Assembly (NCBI GenBank): GCA_016209795.1
Contig: JACQVI010000221.1
Span: forward strand, 1 to 51,654
Length of the DNA stretch: 51,654 nt
Reading direction: 5' to 3'
Source: Ignavibacteriota bacterium
GTDB lineage: Bacteria > Bacteroidota > Ignavibacteria > UBA10030 > SZUA-254
The notes beneath the pieces were generated by a model, which was not told the DNA's origin, did not search any database, and was given only the letters and a program-made list of their open reading frames with translations. How positions within the stretch are numbered: the stretch's first letter is position 1; each line of letters opens with the position of its first letter. Both the position numbers and the translations under genes were made by a program. Below are positions 28,929 to 38,171 of the stretch, piece after piece.

Positions 28929-29609
28929 ATGGACGTTTTAGTGTGGTTTCAACGAGGGGGAGTGGTGATGTACCCCATTCTTTTGTGCTCGTTAGTTGGT
29001 GTGTATATTATTATCGAGCGATGGTTGACATTGCGGGCAGCTAAACCGCCTACAGGAGCGTTTCAATTAAAACTCCGAAAGATGCTTGAGGGGAACAACA
29101 TCCAGTTAGCGCAAGAAGTGTGCATCCAGGAGAAATCGCCTGTTGGACGAGTGATCAGCGCAGGATTGGAGAAAATCCATCATGGTCCCATGCGCGTCAG
29201 GCAGGCGATGGAAGATCAGGGTCGCGAAGAAATCACGCTGCTTGATCGGCACCTTGGCGTTCTTGCATCGATTGCAGGTATTGCACCGATGTTAGGGTTT
29301 CTTGGTACTGTCACAGGATTAGTCGTAGCCTTCCAATCTGTTGCTGCAGCCGCTGGACAACCATCACCAGCAGATCTTGCGGACGGCATCTGGGAAGCAC
29401 TTATGACAACAGTGTTTGGATTGGTCGTTGGAATTCCAGTTGCAGCCGCATACAACTATTTATTGAACAAGGTACAAATCATCGCCTCGAGTTACGAGCG
29501 CATCGCACGTGATACATTAGATGCTATTGAGGAGTGTGTCTATCATGGCAAATTCCCCAGTGGCGAAGAGGAAACTGTAACACTGCGGCGCGAGGAGGCT
29601 ACAGCATGA
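28929..29609 (+). CDS. MotA/TolQ/ExbB-family proton channel protein
   Basis: Three predicted TM segments. GIAPMLGFLGTVTGLVVAF and ADGIWEALMTTVFGLVVGIPVAAAYNYL are the conserved ExbB/TolQ C-terminal helices. Confidence 0.85.
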   Translation: MDVLVWFQRGGVVMYPILLCSLVGVYIIIERWLTLRAAKPPTGAFQLKLRKMLEGNNIQLAQEVCIQEKSPVGRVISAGLEKIHHGPMRVRQAMEDQGREEITLLDRHLGVLASIAGIAPMLGFLGTVTGLVVAFQSVAAAAGQPSPADLADGIWEALMTTVFGLVVGIPVAAAYNYLLNKVQIIASSYERIARDTLDAIEECVYHGKFPSGEEETVTLRREEATA

Positions 29610-30022
29610 ATTTCAAGCCAGCGGGACAGCGGAAGTTCCTTGAGTCATTTAACTTCTCATCACTGACTGATGTCGTTATGCAGCTTCTTATCTTCTTTCT
29701 GTTGACGTTTTCTTTTGCAAACACACGCGGCATGAATGTTACTCTCCCGAAGACGGCTGTCGGGCAGCCTCCGATACGCAAGACAATTTCGGTTTCAATC
29801 GCTAAGGACAAACAGGTGTTCATCAACAATGAAACAATTCAGAAGGACATTCTGGCAAAGCGACTTGCTGGGTTACTGAAGCAAGACCCTGACCAACAAA
29901 TTGTCGTTCGTGCTGACAAGGATCTCATGTTGCAAGACGTTGTGGAAATATTAGATATTGCAAAAGGTGCTGGTGCAACGAGACTGTTCATTGCAACCGA
30001 GGCAGCTAAAGAGGTACAATGA
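29606..30022 (+). CDS. ExbD/TolR-family protein
   Basis: ATG at 29606 (ATGA overlap with the upstream gene). FNFSSLTDVVMQLLIFFLL TM helix, then NVTLPK...ISVSIAKDKQVFINNE...VVRADKD..LQDVVEILDIAKGAG. Confidence 0.85.
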   Translation: MNFKPAGQRKFLESFNFSSLTDVVMQLLIFFLLTFSFANTRGMNVTLPKTAVGQPPIRKTISVSIAKDKQVFINNETIQKDILAKRLAGLLKQDPDQQIVVRADKDLMLQDVVEILDIAKGAGATRLFIATEAAKEVQ

Positions 30023-30729
30023 ATTACGGGTCAATTCCCTATCCTGATAGTAGAAAGATTCGATTTATCTCGGCAGTTACAAGTTTTGCCATCCACGTAC
30101 TCCTGCTCATGCTATTTTCCTTCATCACTCTTTGGCGTCCTAAAACCCCTGACCTCATAGAACTTGACTGGGGCAGCAGCAGCGGCGCACCAAACCAGTC
30201 GATCCTGCAGGCGGAAAATAATCCAAACCGCCAGCAAGAATCAGCCCAAGCTGGAGGTTCACCCTCAGATTCCAAAATCAATGTTCCGGAAATGAAAAGC
30301 CCTTCTGAAGAAGTTATTCCTGTGGCAAAAAAGAAAAAACCAAAGGCTGTACTCGGCGAGCGTAATCGTGAATCCGCCGAGCGTGCAACTACTCCGCGTT
30401 ATCGACGAGAGCGCTCAGGCACGGCGGGAGGTGCCGGGAAATCGACCGGGTATTCAATAGAATGGTCGGGCACTGGATCACGAAGGCTTCTGAGCGGAAG
30501 AATTCCAACATATCCTGAAGGTACAGATAAAGAAATGCCAGTGCTACTTCAATTTACTGTTCTTCCAGATGGATCAGTTTCGAGCATCATTCCACTCAAG
30601 CGGAGTGATGAGCTGTTGGAGCGAGAGGCAGTCTCAGCGCTGAGGACATGGCGCTTCGATCCATTGCCTCCGCAGTTTGAGCAAAAAACCCAGAATGGCA
30701 TAGTTACTTTTATCTTTAAACTTGAATAA
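30019..30729 (+). CDS. TonB/TolA-like energy transducer (TonB C-terminal domain)
   Basis: N-terminal TM FISAVTSFAIHVLLLMLFSFITL and a Pro/Lys/Glu-rich linker. C-terminus YPEGTDKEMPVLLQFTVLPDGSVSSIIPLKRSDELLEREAVSALRTWRFDP. ATGA overlap with exbD. Confidence 0.75.
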   Translation: MNYGSIPYPDSRKIRFISAVTSFAIHVLLLMLFSFITLWRPKTPDLIELDWGSSSGAPNQSILQAENNPNRQQESAQAGGSPSDSKINVPEMKSPSEEVIPVAKKKKPKAVLGERNRESAERATTPRYRRERSGTAGGAGKSTGYSIEWSGTGSRRLLSGRIPTYPEGTDKEMPVLLQFTVLPDGSVSSIIPLKRSDELLEREAVSALRTWRFDPLPPQFEQKTQNGIVTFIFKLE

Positions 30730-30757
30730 CTCATTCTTAAAAGGAGTATTGCGTTCC

Positions 30758-32653
30758 ATGATTATTTACCGAAAGATAGTGTTGTGCTTCATTATTGGTA
30801 TCGTGATTATAGTCTCTACACATCATCCAGTGTGTGGACAGGAGAATAGAAAGCTGCAACCGCACTGGTGGTTTGGTGGAACCGCAGGACCGAATTTCAA
30901 TTTTTACAGTAGCGAGATACGAACACTCAATTCAACGCTTACTGTGCCAAACGCATTTTCCGGTGGTTCAGGTACTGGATTATACTTAGCACCGCTTGTC
31001 GAATTTCGCCCGGATCCGATCTGGGGTGGAATGTTTTCACTTGGTGTTGACAGCCGTAACGGCTCGTTCGATGATATTGCCGTTGCAACTGATACTACGG
31101 CATCACTCTCTACATCGATGAACTATCTGAGTCTGGAACCAAGCTTGAGGATTTCACCGTTTCCATCCGGTGTCTACTTTTTTATCGGTCCAAGGGTTGG
31201 TTTTAACGTGGGCAAGTCTTTTACATATCAGAAGCAAGCTGACGGCTCGAGAGAAGAAGACTGGAGTAATGTACGCGGGACTGTGCTAACGGGTCAATTC
31301 GGGGCTGGTTATGATTTTCTGCTTGCACCGGGTAGCAGCGAGTCGCAACTCAGTGTCTCACCATTTCTCGCACTGCATTTTGGACAGGGACCTCGTTCTC
31401 TGGAACGTTGGACATTAACTACTCTGCGATTAGGTGTAGCTGTCAAATATGGAAGTGCGAAGGAAGCGCGTGAGAGAGTCGAACGCGAACTTCAATTTTC
31501 TGTTCAGGCACCACGGATTATACCAATCGAACGAAAGGTGAAAGAAACATTTCCTATGCGTAACTACGTCTTCTTTGATGAAGACCAGACAGACATATCT
31601 TCACGTTACATTCGATTGACAAAAGAAGAAGCAGCATCATTCCGCGAAGAACAACTACTCGAACCACAGCCGAAAGATCTTACCGGTCGCTCACGCCGTC
31701 AGTTAACCGTGTACCATAATATTCTCAACATCCTCGGTGATCGCTTGCGGCGATATCTGCAAGCTACTGTTACGCTGATTGGGTCTTCGGAAAATGGAAT
31801 TACAGATGGTAAAGCTCTGGCTGAATCGATCAAACGCTACCTTGTGGATACCTATGGGATTTCAGAAGCACGAGTGAGAACTGAGGGACGGACAAAACCA
31901 GAAATTCCATCCGTGCAGCCGGGTGCTACGCGTGAACTCGATTTAGTAAGACCCGAAGATCGCCGCGTTGACATCACGAGCGCATCGCTCGAACTCCTTC
32001 AGCCGGTGCAAATTATCTCTCTCCAGGAAGACCCATTCGACAGTGACGTGTTGTGTACAGTTTCACGCTCTGAAGAGTTACTGGCGTCGTGGTCAGTGGA
32101 ATTCACGGATCAGAATGGGAATGTAAAACGCTTCGGTCCATTCACACGGGATCAAGAAAGAATTCCAGGCAGATCAATCCTCGGTGACCGTTTGCAAGGA
32201 ACGTATCAAATTGTTATGTCGGGTCAGACAAAGAGCGGGCAAGCAGTGCGAAAAGAAGAATCAATTCGTCTCGTTCGTTCCGATGAACCGGAGGGCGACC
32301 TCGGATTGCGTTTCAGCATCTTGTTCGAGTTCGATCAATCAAAAACTGTTGCAACGTATGAACGGTTTCTCACAAACGAAGTAGCACCACTGATTCCTGA
32401 AGCTGGAAGCGTCATCATCCATGGTCATACGGATATTATCGGCGAAGAAAGTCATAACTTGAAACTGTCGAGAGATCGTGCTCACGAGACGATGAACGTT
32501 TTTGAGCGTGCATTGGCAAAAGCAGGAAAGCGGAGAGTAAGATTTGATACGTATGGATTTGGTGAGGACATACGGCGTGCTCCGTTTGAAAATAATTTGC
32601 CTGAAGAACGCTTCTATAATAGAACTGTCATTATCGATATTGTGCCTGAATAA
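30758..32653 (+). CDS. Outer-membrane protein with N-terminal beta-barrel and OmpA/Pal-like C-terminal domain(s)
   Basis: AAGGAG lies 12 nt upstream of the ATG at 30758. Signal MIIYRKIVLCFIIGIVIIVS. Barrel-like WWFGGTAGPNFNFYS. C-terminal OmpA-like VIIHGHTDIIGEESHNLKLSRDRAHE...NRTVIIDIV. A second, degenerate OmpA-like segment is TLIGSSENG...RVRTEGR...PEDRRVDI. Confidence 0.75.
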   Translation: MIIYRKIVLCFIIGIVIIVSTHHPVCGQENRKLQPHWWFGGTAGPNFNFYSSEIRTLNSTLTVPNAFSGGSGTGLYLAPLVEFRPDPIWGGMFSLGVDSRNGSFDDIAVATDTTASLSTSMNYLSLEPSLRISPFPSGVYFFIGPRVGFNVGKSFTYQKQADGSREEDWSNVRGTVLTGQFGAGYDFLLAPGSSESQLSVSPFLALHFGQGPRSLERWTLTTLRLGVAVKYGSAKEARERVERELQFSVQAPRIIPIERKVKETFPMRNYVFFDEDQTDISSRYIRLTKEEAASFREEQLLEPQPKDLTGRSRRQLTVYHNILNILGDRLRRYLQATVTLIGSSENGITDGKALAESIKRYLVDTYGISEARVRTEGRTKPEIPSVQPGATRELDLVRPEDRRVDITSASLELLQPVQIISLQEDPFDSDVLCTVSRSEELLASWSVEFTDQNGNVKRFGPFTRDQERIPGRSILGDRLQGTYQIVMSGQTKSGQAVRKEESIRLVRSDEPEGDLGLRFSILFEFDQSKTVATYERFLTNEVAPLIPEAGSVIIHGHTDIIGEESHNLKLSRDRAHETMNVFERALAKAGKRRVRFDTYGFGEDIRRAPFENNLPEERFYNRTVIIDIVPE

Positions 32654-32668
32654 CCGCGTCTAGTCGCT

Positions 32669-35600
32669 ATGAGTCGCAGACTTCTCTTCTTCGGTTCCAT
32701 TCTCATCGTCGTGAATGGACTCGCTTCACTCTCCGATGCACAAGTTCCGCCAATGCAAGGAGTCACGTCATCCAATCCGCGTGATCGGGCACAACAGTGG
32801 ATGGAAACAAAATCGTACCACGTTGCTCGACGAGAGCTTGAATCGATCCACTCACGAACCTCAGTCAGTCCAGAAAACCGAGATGTGCTGTTCATGCTGA
32901 TGAACAGCGCATTTGAGGATAAGGATTATCAAGAGGCGTATCAATGGGCGTCAGAATTTCTCGTTGACTATCCAAAAGATGCTGAACGGGGAACTGCACT
33001 CTTGATTCAGGGAGTGAGTGCATTCCAAATCCAGCAAATAAATGATGCAATTAATGCTTTGACTACATTTCTCAGTGAAGCGAATGGTCATCCACAACGT
33101 GCTGCAGGGTATTTCTGGCGAGCGATGGCTGAGATTGAACGAAAGGATTGGGCTTCAGCGGACGATGATATCCAGCAATGTTACGCTGATCCACTGGCAA
33201 TCGATTACAAAGATAATGCCTTGATGGGTTGGGCGCTTGCGCTGGAACGTCGTGGCTCTTTTAGTCAAGCTGACGAATATCTCAAACGTCTGTTGGCTGA
33301 AACTCCACACAGTGAACTAATAAGCGATGCTCGCTTACGGCTTGCCTCGCTCTCACTGCGTCAGGGCAGTCCTGAACGTTGTCTTCAATATCTCCAAGAA
33401 ATCAATCCATCAACACCTGCACAGCGCGAAGAATACCTGTTACTCCGTGCAGAAGCCAACTTTCAGCGTGGACGATATCAAGAAGCACTCGAAGACTATG
33501 GGTCATTGTTAGATCAATATCCTGAAAGTCCCTATGCCTGCATTGCCGAGCTTGGATTGGCGTGGTCGAAGTTACAGCAAGGGAATTGGGTTGAAGCACA
33601 GGAGGCATTTGATTCGATTAGTGTACGCAAGCGTGATTCCACTGCCTATGCGGCAATGTACCAGAGCGGCATTCTGGCACTTCTCCATAATAATATCACA
33701 GCAGCTCTTTCAAGATTCGATACCTTAATTAATAGATCGCCATACGATGAATTTGCGGAACGAGTGTATTTCCAGATGGGCATGCTCCAGTACCGCAATA
33801 AGCGTTATCGAGAAGCACGAAGGAATTTTCAATTAGCAGCACGTCTCTTTCCAGAAAGTCCTTCTCGTGCAATGGCATACCGCATGCTGGGTGAAGCTCA
33901 TGTAGCAGTGAATGATTTTGCTAACGCTCAGCATGCGTTTGCTCAAGTGAGAAGATTAAGTAAATCGCCTGAGCTGCTTGCAGGCACCATGTTTCAAGAA
34001 GGGATTTGTCTCTATCACCTCGGTCGTTTCAAGAGCAGCACTGAAATTTTTGAGAAATATCTTCAGCAATTTCCACATGATATACATATTCCAGAAGCCT
34101 ATGTCTGGAGAGGTGAGGCATTGTATCAAGATGGAAGATACGCAGAAGGAGAACGCTCGTATGCTGATGCGTTGCGGTTGTTTCCTGGTAACCCGAAGCG
34201 AATGGATGCCTCGTATGGTCTCGCATGGTGTTTGTTTGAACAAAAGAAATTTTCTCAATCTGCAGCTTCCTTTGATCGCTTTATCAAAGAGTATCCTGAG
34301 AGTGATCGAGTCCTTGAAGCGTCTCTCCGTGAAGCCGATTGTTATTTTTTCATGGGTGAGTATGGAAAATCCAGTGCTCTCTATGCAGCACTCGCAGAAG
34401 AAAAGAAGAGTGGCAGACATGCTGAGTACGCAGCGTTTCAACTCGGAATGTCGTACATACAGCGTGGTGAATCTGAACGAGGGATTGAGCACTTACGAAA
34501 GTTTCTTGTTCGCTTCCCGGCTTCTATCTATAACGAAGTGGTGCAATTTAATATCGGTTGGACGTACTTTTCCAAGGAACAATACAGTGAAGCTCTCAGG
34601 GAGCTTAGAGTTGTTGTGAGTTTATATCCCGAAAGTCAATTGATGCCTCGTGTGCTTTTCAATATAGGTGATGCCTTTTACAACCTTAAGCAGTACGATA
34701 GCGCTCGGATCTACTATCAACGAGTGATAAGAGAGTTTCCATCCAGTCCGCTTGTGACCGATGCGATGACGGGATTGCAATATAGCTATGAAGCAGAGGG
34801 TAAGACTACTGCTGCGTTGGCAGAAATCGATACGTTACTGCGTGCTATTCCTACTGGTACTTCACATGAAGAACTGCTCATGAGAAAAGGAGATATTCTG
34901 TTTGGTCAGGAAGATTTTGGTGGTGCTGTTCTGGAGTATCAGAAGTTACTTTCACTGAAGCCAAGCCGTGCAATTCATGCAAAGGCTCTCCATCAAATTG
35001 GGCGAGCCTATGAACTTGAAAATAATCCGAAGCAAGCCATAACATACTATGAAGGAATTTTAAAAAGTTTTTCAGATACAGATGTCGCTCCTGCTGTCGC
35101 ACTGGCTCTTGGAATTTCATATATCAAAACAAAACAGTATAAGAACGCTATGACAACGCTACAAGATTTTGATCGTCGATATCCTCAATCACCCTTGCTT
35201 TCTGAAATGAGGTACAATCTTGGAGTTGCTTATGTGAATCTCCGAGACAAGAAGACCGCGCTGACTCAATTTCAATCAGTAATTCAAAATCATTCTGATG
35301 ACATTTTCGCCGATCGCAGTCGATTGCAGATTGCACGGATGCACATCGAAGACAAGAAGTTTAGTGCATCATTGGATACACTCAATGGGCTTGTTAATCG
35401 TCGGAATGATGATCTTGCAGCAGAAGCGCTTCTGATGATTGGCGAGAATTATCTTTCATTGAAGAAACCTGCCGATGCACTCCAGGCGTTTAAGGATGTG
35501 TATGAACAGTACACAGAATATCCTCTTCTTGTTGAGCGTGCTCGCCTCGGTGCTGGTGAATGTTACGAACGTCTCCGCGACCTCAAACAGGCTGAAGCGT

Positions 35601-35683
35601 TGTATGAAGAAATTGCAAGCACCGCTGTTGACCCTGCAATCAAGAAGGACGCTGAAGAACGTTTGAGGAGGTTACGGAGATGA
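32669..35683 (+). CDS. Large periplasmic tetratricopeptide-repeat protein (CpoB/YbgF-like repeats)
   Basis: 1004 aa. Signal MSRRLLFFGSILIVVNGLASLSDAQ. TPR-like units recur throughout, with many A..Y.......P.S..A-type repeats. Confidence 0.7.
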   Translation: MSRRLLFFGSILIVVNGLASLSDAQVPPMQGVTSSNPRDRAQQWMETKSYHVARRELESIHSRTSVSPENRDVLFMLMNSAFEDKDYQEAYQWASEFLVDYPKDAERGTALLIQGVSAFQIQQINDAINALTTFLSEANGHPQRAAGYFWRAMAEIERKDWASADDDIQQCYADPLAIDYKDNALMGWALALERRGSFSQADEYLKRLLAETPHSELISDARLRLASLSLRQGSPERCLQYLQEINPSTPAQREEYLLLRAEANFQRGRYQEALEDYGSLLDQYPESPYACIAELGLAWSKLQQGNWVEAQEAFDSISVRKRDSTAYAAMYQSGILALLHNNITAALSRFDTLINRSPYDEFAERVYFQMGMLQYRNKRYREARRNFQLAARLFPESPSRAMAYRMLGEAHVAVNDFANAQHAFAQVRRLSKSPELLAGTMFQEGICLYHLGRFKSSTEIFEKYLQQFPHDIHIPEAYVWRGEALYQDGRYAEGERSYADALRLFPGNPKRMDASYGLAWCLFEQKKFSQSAASFDRFIKEYPESDRVLEASLREADCYFFMGEYGKSSALYAALAEEKKSGRHAEYAAFQLGMSYIQRGESERGIEHLRKFLVRFPASIYNEVVQFNIGWTYFSKEQYSEALRELRVVVSLYPESQLMPRVLFNIGDAFYNLKQYDSARIYYQRVIREFPSSPLVTDAMTGLQYSYEAEGKTTAALAEIDTLLRAIPTGTSHEELLMRKGDILFGQEDFGGAVLEYQKLLSLKPSRAIHAKALHQIGRAYELENNPKQAITYYEGILKSFSDTDVAPAVALALGISYIKTKQYKNAMTTLQDFDRRYPQSPLLSEMRYNLGVAYVNLRDKKTALTQFQSVIQNHSDDIFADRSRLQIARMHIEDKKFSASLDTLNGLVNRRNDDLAAEALLMIGENYLSLKKPADALQAFKDVYEQYTEYPLLVERARLGAGECYERLRDLKQAEALYEEIASTAVDPAIKKDAEERLRRLRR

Positions 35684-37320
35684 GAGTTGTTCGTCGTATT
35701 CTTCTTATGCTTTGTCTCGCGCTCTGGCTGGCATCTGCTGGAAGAGCGCAAGAACAAGATACCGTGGCAAGACAGAAGGAGTTACCGAAATTGGAAATTC
35801 CAGAAATAACGATCATCGGCAGGAAAGCCATCACGCTTCCTTTTGCACGCAAGGGAGAAATCTATGATGTCAACATTTACGATGCACCTCCACCGGATAC
35901 AAGTTTGCTGCTCGATAGACCCGGTGCACCGTTGCCAGTAGGTTCACTGCCGCGCTATGAGCAGCGTGAACAGCCATGGCGTGCTTCGGTTCTCGGGTCG
36001 TTCGGTAGCTTCAGTACAGGAAATCTTCATGGTTACATTGACTACAAGGCGCAACAGTGGGGCATTTCGAGCAGTATCGGTTACAGCACGACTGAGGGAC
36101 ATACTGTAAACGCATCGGGTTCTGCTGTACGTGCGGGGTTAGCGGCTTACTCTCTTATTCATACGGACAATGACATCCTGCGAAGCCTCCGTGGTTCTCT
36201 CGGACTACGTTTCGATCATGATTCGTATGGAATGTTTGGTGTTCAAACTGCACATGTTGAACGTGAACGAGACCATGTGGTGTTGTATGGAAGTTTAGGA
36301 TCGTTGAGACGGCAAGGCACGGTCTTGGATGTTAGTTTTGAAGCTGATATTTGGACAGTCACCGATGCTCGAGCTGGTGTTGATTCAGAGGTTTCGGTCG
36401 TTTCCCCTAAACTTACAACATCGTTTGCTGCGGACATTGGTGATATCAGGTTACTCACAGGACTATCCTATTCAAGTTCATCTCTGGATTATCGGACCTC
36501 CACTGAATCTCCCACACTGATTGATCTCTCGGTGGCTGCGCGATGGCAATTACAGGATCAATTGTTTCTCCAGCTTGGAGGAATGTATGCAGGAGGTTCA
36601 GATTATCAAGGCAATTCTCGAACGCTTCTTGCACCTCGTGCAATGGTCAAATATGAAATTGATCCGGGCAGAACTCTTGCTGTCTGGTTTCAACCTGAGA
36701 TGCAACTATCGACATATGATGATCATACTCAACGAAGTCCATATGTAGTGATGGAAATTGGAATACGTCCAGAACGGAAGCCAATTAGCATCGGAGGCAC
36801 AGTCTGGTACAATCGAGGAATCTTGGCGCTTGAACTCACTGGATCATATTCTGAAAGTTCAAACAAAGAAGTTACTCTGGCAGACAGCGGCAACATTCAT
36901 GTAGAGTATGTTGATGCGAGACAAGTACACATTCAGGCGACAGGCTCAGTGAATGTTTCTGAGCGTGGACGATTAAATTTCACTGGGGTGATTCAACCAG
37001 CTAGAGAAAAGGGTGGCAATAGTCAATTAGCGATGCTACCACTTGTCGTAGTCAGGGGTCGCGGAGAAATTGATTTTGACATTCCTCTTAAGGTTTGGTC
37101 AACGGCAGAATACCAGAGTAAACGCAACATCGATCGCACTGGGAATACATCACTTGGAGATTTTATCACACTTGGAGCCGGTGCTTCATCGAATACCGTT
37201 CCTCGGACATTACTCTCTCTTGAGGTATCAAATATTTTCAACACCGCCTATGAGTGGTGGAATGGTTACGTTGCACCGGGTCGACGCATTCTGCTTGGAG
37301 CTAACATACGCCTTCAATGA
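35680..37320 (+). CDS. Putative outer-membrane beta-barrel protein (TonB-dependent-receptor-like C-terminus, no recognisable plug)
   Basis: Signal MRVVRRILLMLCLALWLASAGRAQ. Alternating beta-strand-like sequence throughout. C-terminal NIFNTAYEWWNGYVAPGRRILLGANIRLQ. ATGA overlap with the TPR gene. Confidence 0.5.
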   Translation: MRVVRRILLMLCLALWLASAGRAQEQDTVARQKELPKLEIPEITIIGRKAITLPFARKGEIYDVNIYDAPPPDTSLLLDRPGAPLPVGSLPRYEQREQPWRASVLGSFGSFSTGNLHGYIDYKAQQWGISSSIGYSTTEGHTVNASGSAVRAGLAAYSLIHTDNDILRSLRGSLGLRFDHDSYGMFGVQTAHVERERDHVVLYGSLGSLRRQGTVLDVSFEADIWTVTDARAGVDSEVSVVSPKLTTSFAADIGDIRLLTGLSYSSSSLDYRTSTESPTLIDLSVAARWQLQDQLFLQLGGMYAGGSDYQGNSRTLLAPRAMVKYEIDPGRTLAVWFQPEMQLSTYDDHTQRSPYVVMEIGIRPERKPISIGGTVWYNRGILALELTGSYSESSNKEVTLADSGNIHVEYVDARQVHIQATGSVNVSERGRLNFTGVIQPAREKGGNSQLAMLPLVVVRGRGEIDFDIPLKVWSTAEYQSKRNIDRTGNTSLGDFITLGAGASSNTVPRTLLSLEVSNIFNTAYEWWNGYVAPGRRILLGANIRLQ

Positions 37321-38171
37321 AAATTATTGAAGCAATTCACGAAATGCACCATGCAGCAGAGGATCTTCGTCAGCAAGGAAAGCGAATTGCCGTTGTTCCC
37401 ACGATGGGGTATCTGCATGATGGACACCTCAGCCTGATCAGAGTTGCAAAGCAACACGCAGACGTTGTTATTACAACAATCTTTGTTAACCCAACACAAT
37501 TCGGTCCGAACGAAGACTTCACTAAGTATCCCCGTGACCTTGACCGTGATAAGAAACTTGCAGCTTCTGTCGAATCTGACATTCTCTTCGTACCTTCGGC
37601 CGAAGCAATGTATCCCGAACTCTATCGCACGTATGTTATCGTTGAGCAACTGTCAGAAGTCTTAGAGGGGAAATCTCGACCATCGCACTTTCGCGGTGTA
37701 ACGACAGTTGTTACAAAACTATTTAATATCACCAGACCTCACGTTGCAGTGTTCGGACAGAAAGATGCCCAGCAGGCTATCGTGATCAATCAAATGGTGA
37801 AAGATTTGAATGTTGATATCGAGATTATTGTTGTGCCAATCGTTCGTGAGCATGATGGACTTGCAATGAGTTCGAGAAACCTTTATCTTTCAGCAACGGA
37901 GCGTATGCAAAGCACTGTTCTTTTCCGCTCTCTTCAATTGGCGGAAGAGCTTATTGATAGAGGAGAACGACAATCATCGGGTATCATCTCTGAAATGACG
38001 AAACTGATTACATCACAGCCATCGGCGCGGATTGATTATATCTCACTCACCGAACCAGCGACGTTGCAAGAAGTATCAACACTGTGTTCAGGTAAAACTG
38101 TCCTCATTTCACTTGCAGTGTGGATAGGCACGACACGCCTGATTGATAACATCCTCAAAGTAATTCCATGA
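37317..38171 (+). CDS. panC: Pantoate--beta-alanine ligase
   Basis: VPTMGYLHDGHLSLI, FVNPTQFGPNEDF, FRGVTTVVTKLFNI, FGQKDAQQ and GLAMSSRN. Confidence 0.9.
   Translation: MKIIEAIHEMHHAAEDLRQQGKRIAVVPTMGYLHDGHLSLIRVAKQHADVVITTIFVNPTQFGPNEDFTKYPRDLDRDKKLAASVESDILFVPSAEAMYPELYRTYVIVEQLSEVLEGKSRPSHFRGVTTVVTKLFNITRPHVAVFGQKDAQQAIVINQMVKDLNVDIEIIVVPIVREHDGLAMSSRNLYLSATERMQSTVLFRSLQLAEELIDRGERQSSGIISEMTKLITSQPSARIDYISLTEPATLQEVSTLCSGKTVLISLAVWIGTTRLIDNILKVIP

Noticed and set aside
28929-30022. ExbB/ExbD pair as the T9SS/gliding motor GldL-GldM (PorL-PorM) or a flagellar stator
   Set aside because: GldM/PorM is a large periplasmic multi-domain protein, which is absent here. The second gene is a 138-aa ExbD/TolR type followed by a TonB C-terminal-domain protein. 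No flagellar genes are present.
33956-34619. 178-aa (-) and 213-aa (+) alternative-frame ORFs inside the TPR gene
   Set aside because: The 1004-aa frame shows continuous TPR periodicity and a signal peptide. The alternative frames lack any motif and arise from the repetitive codon composition.
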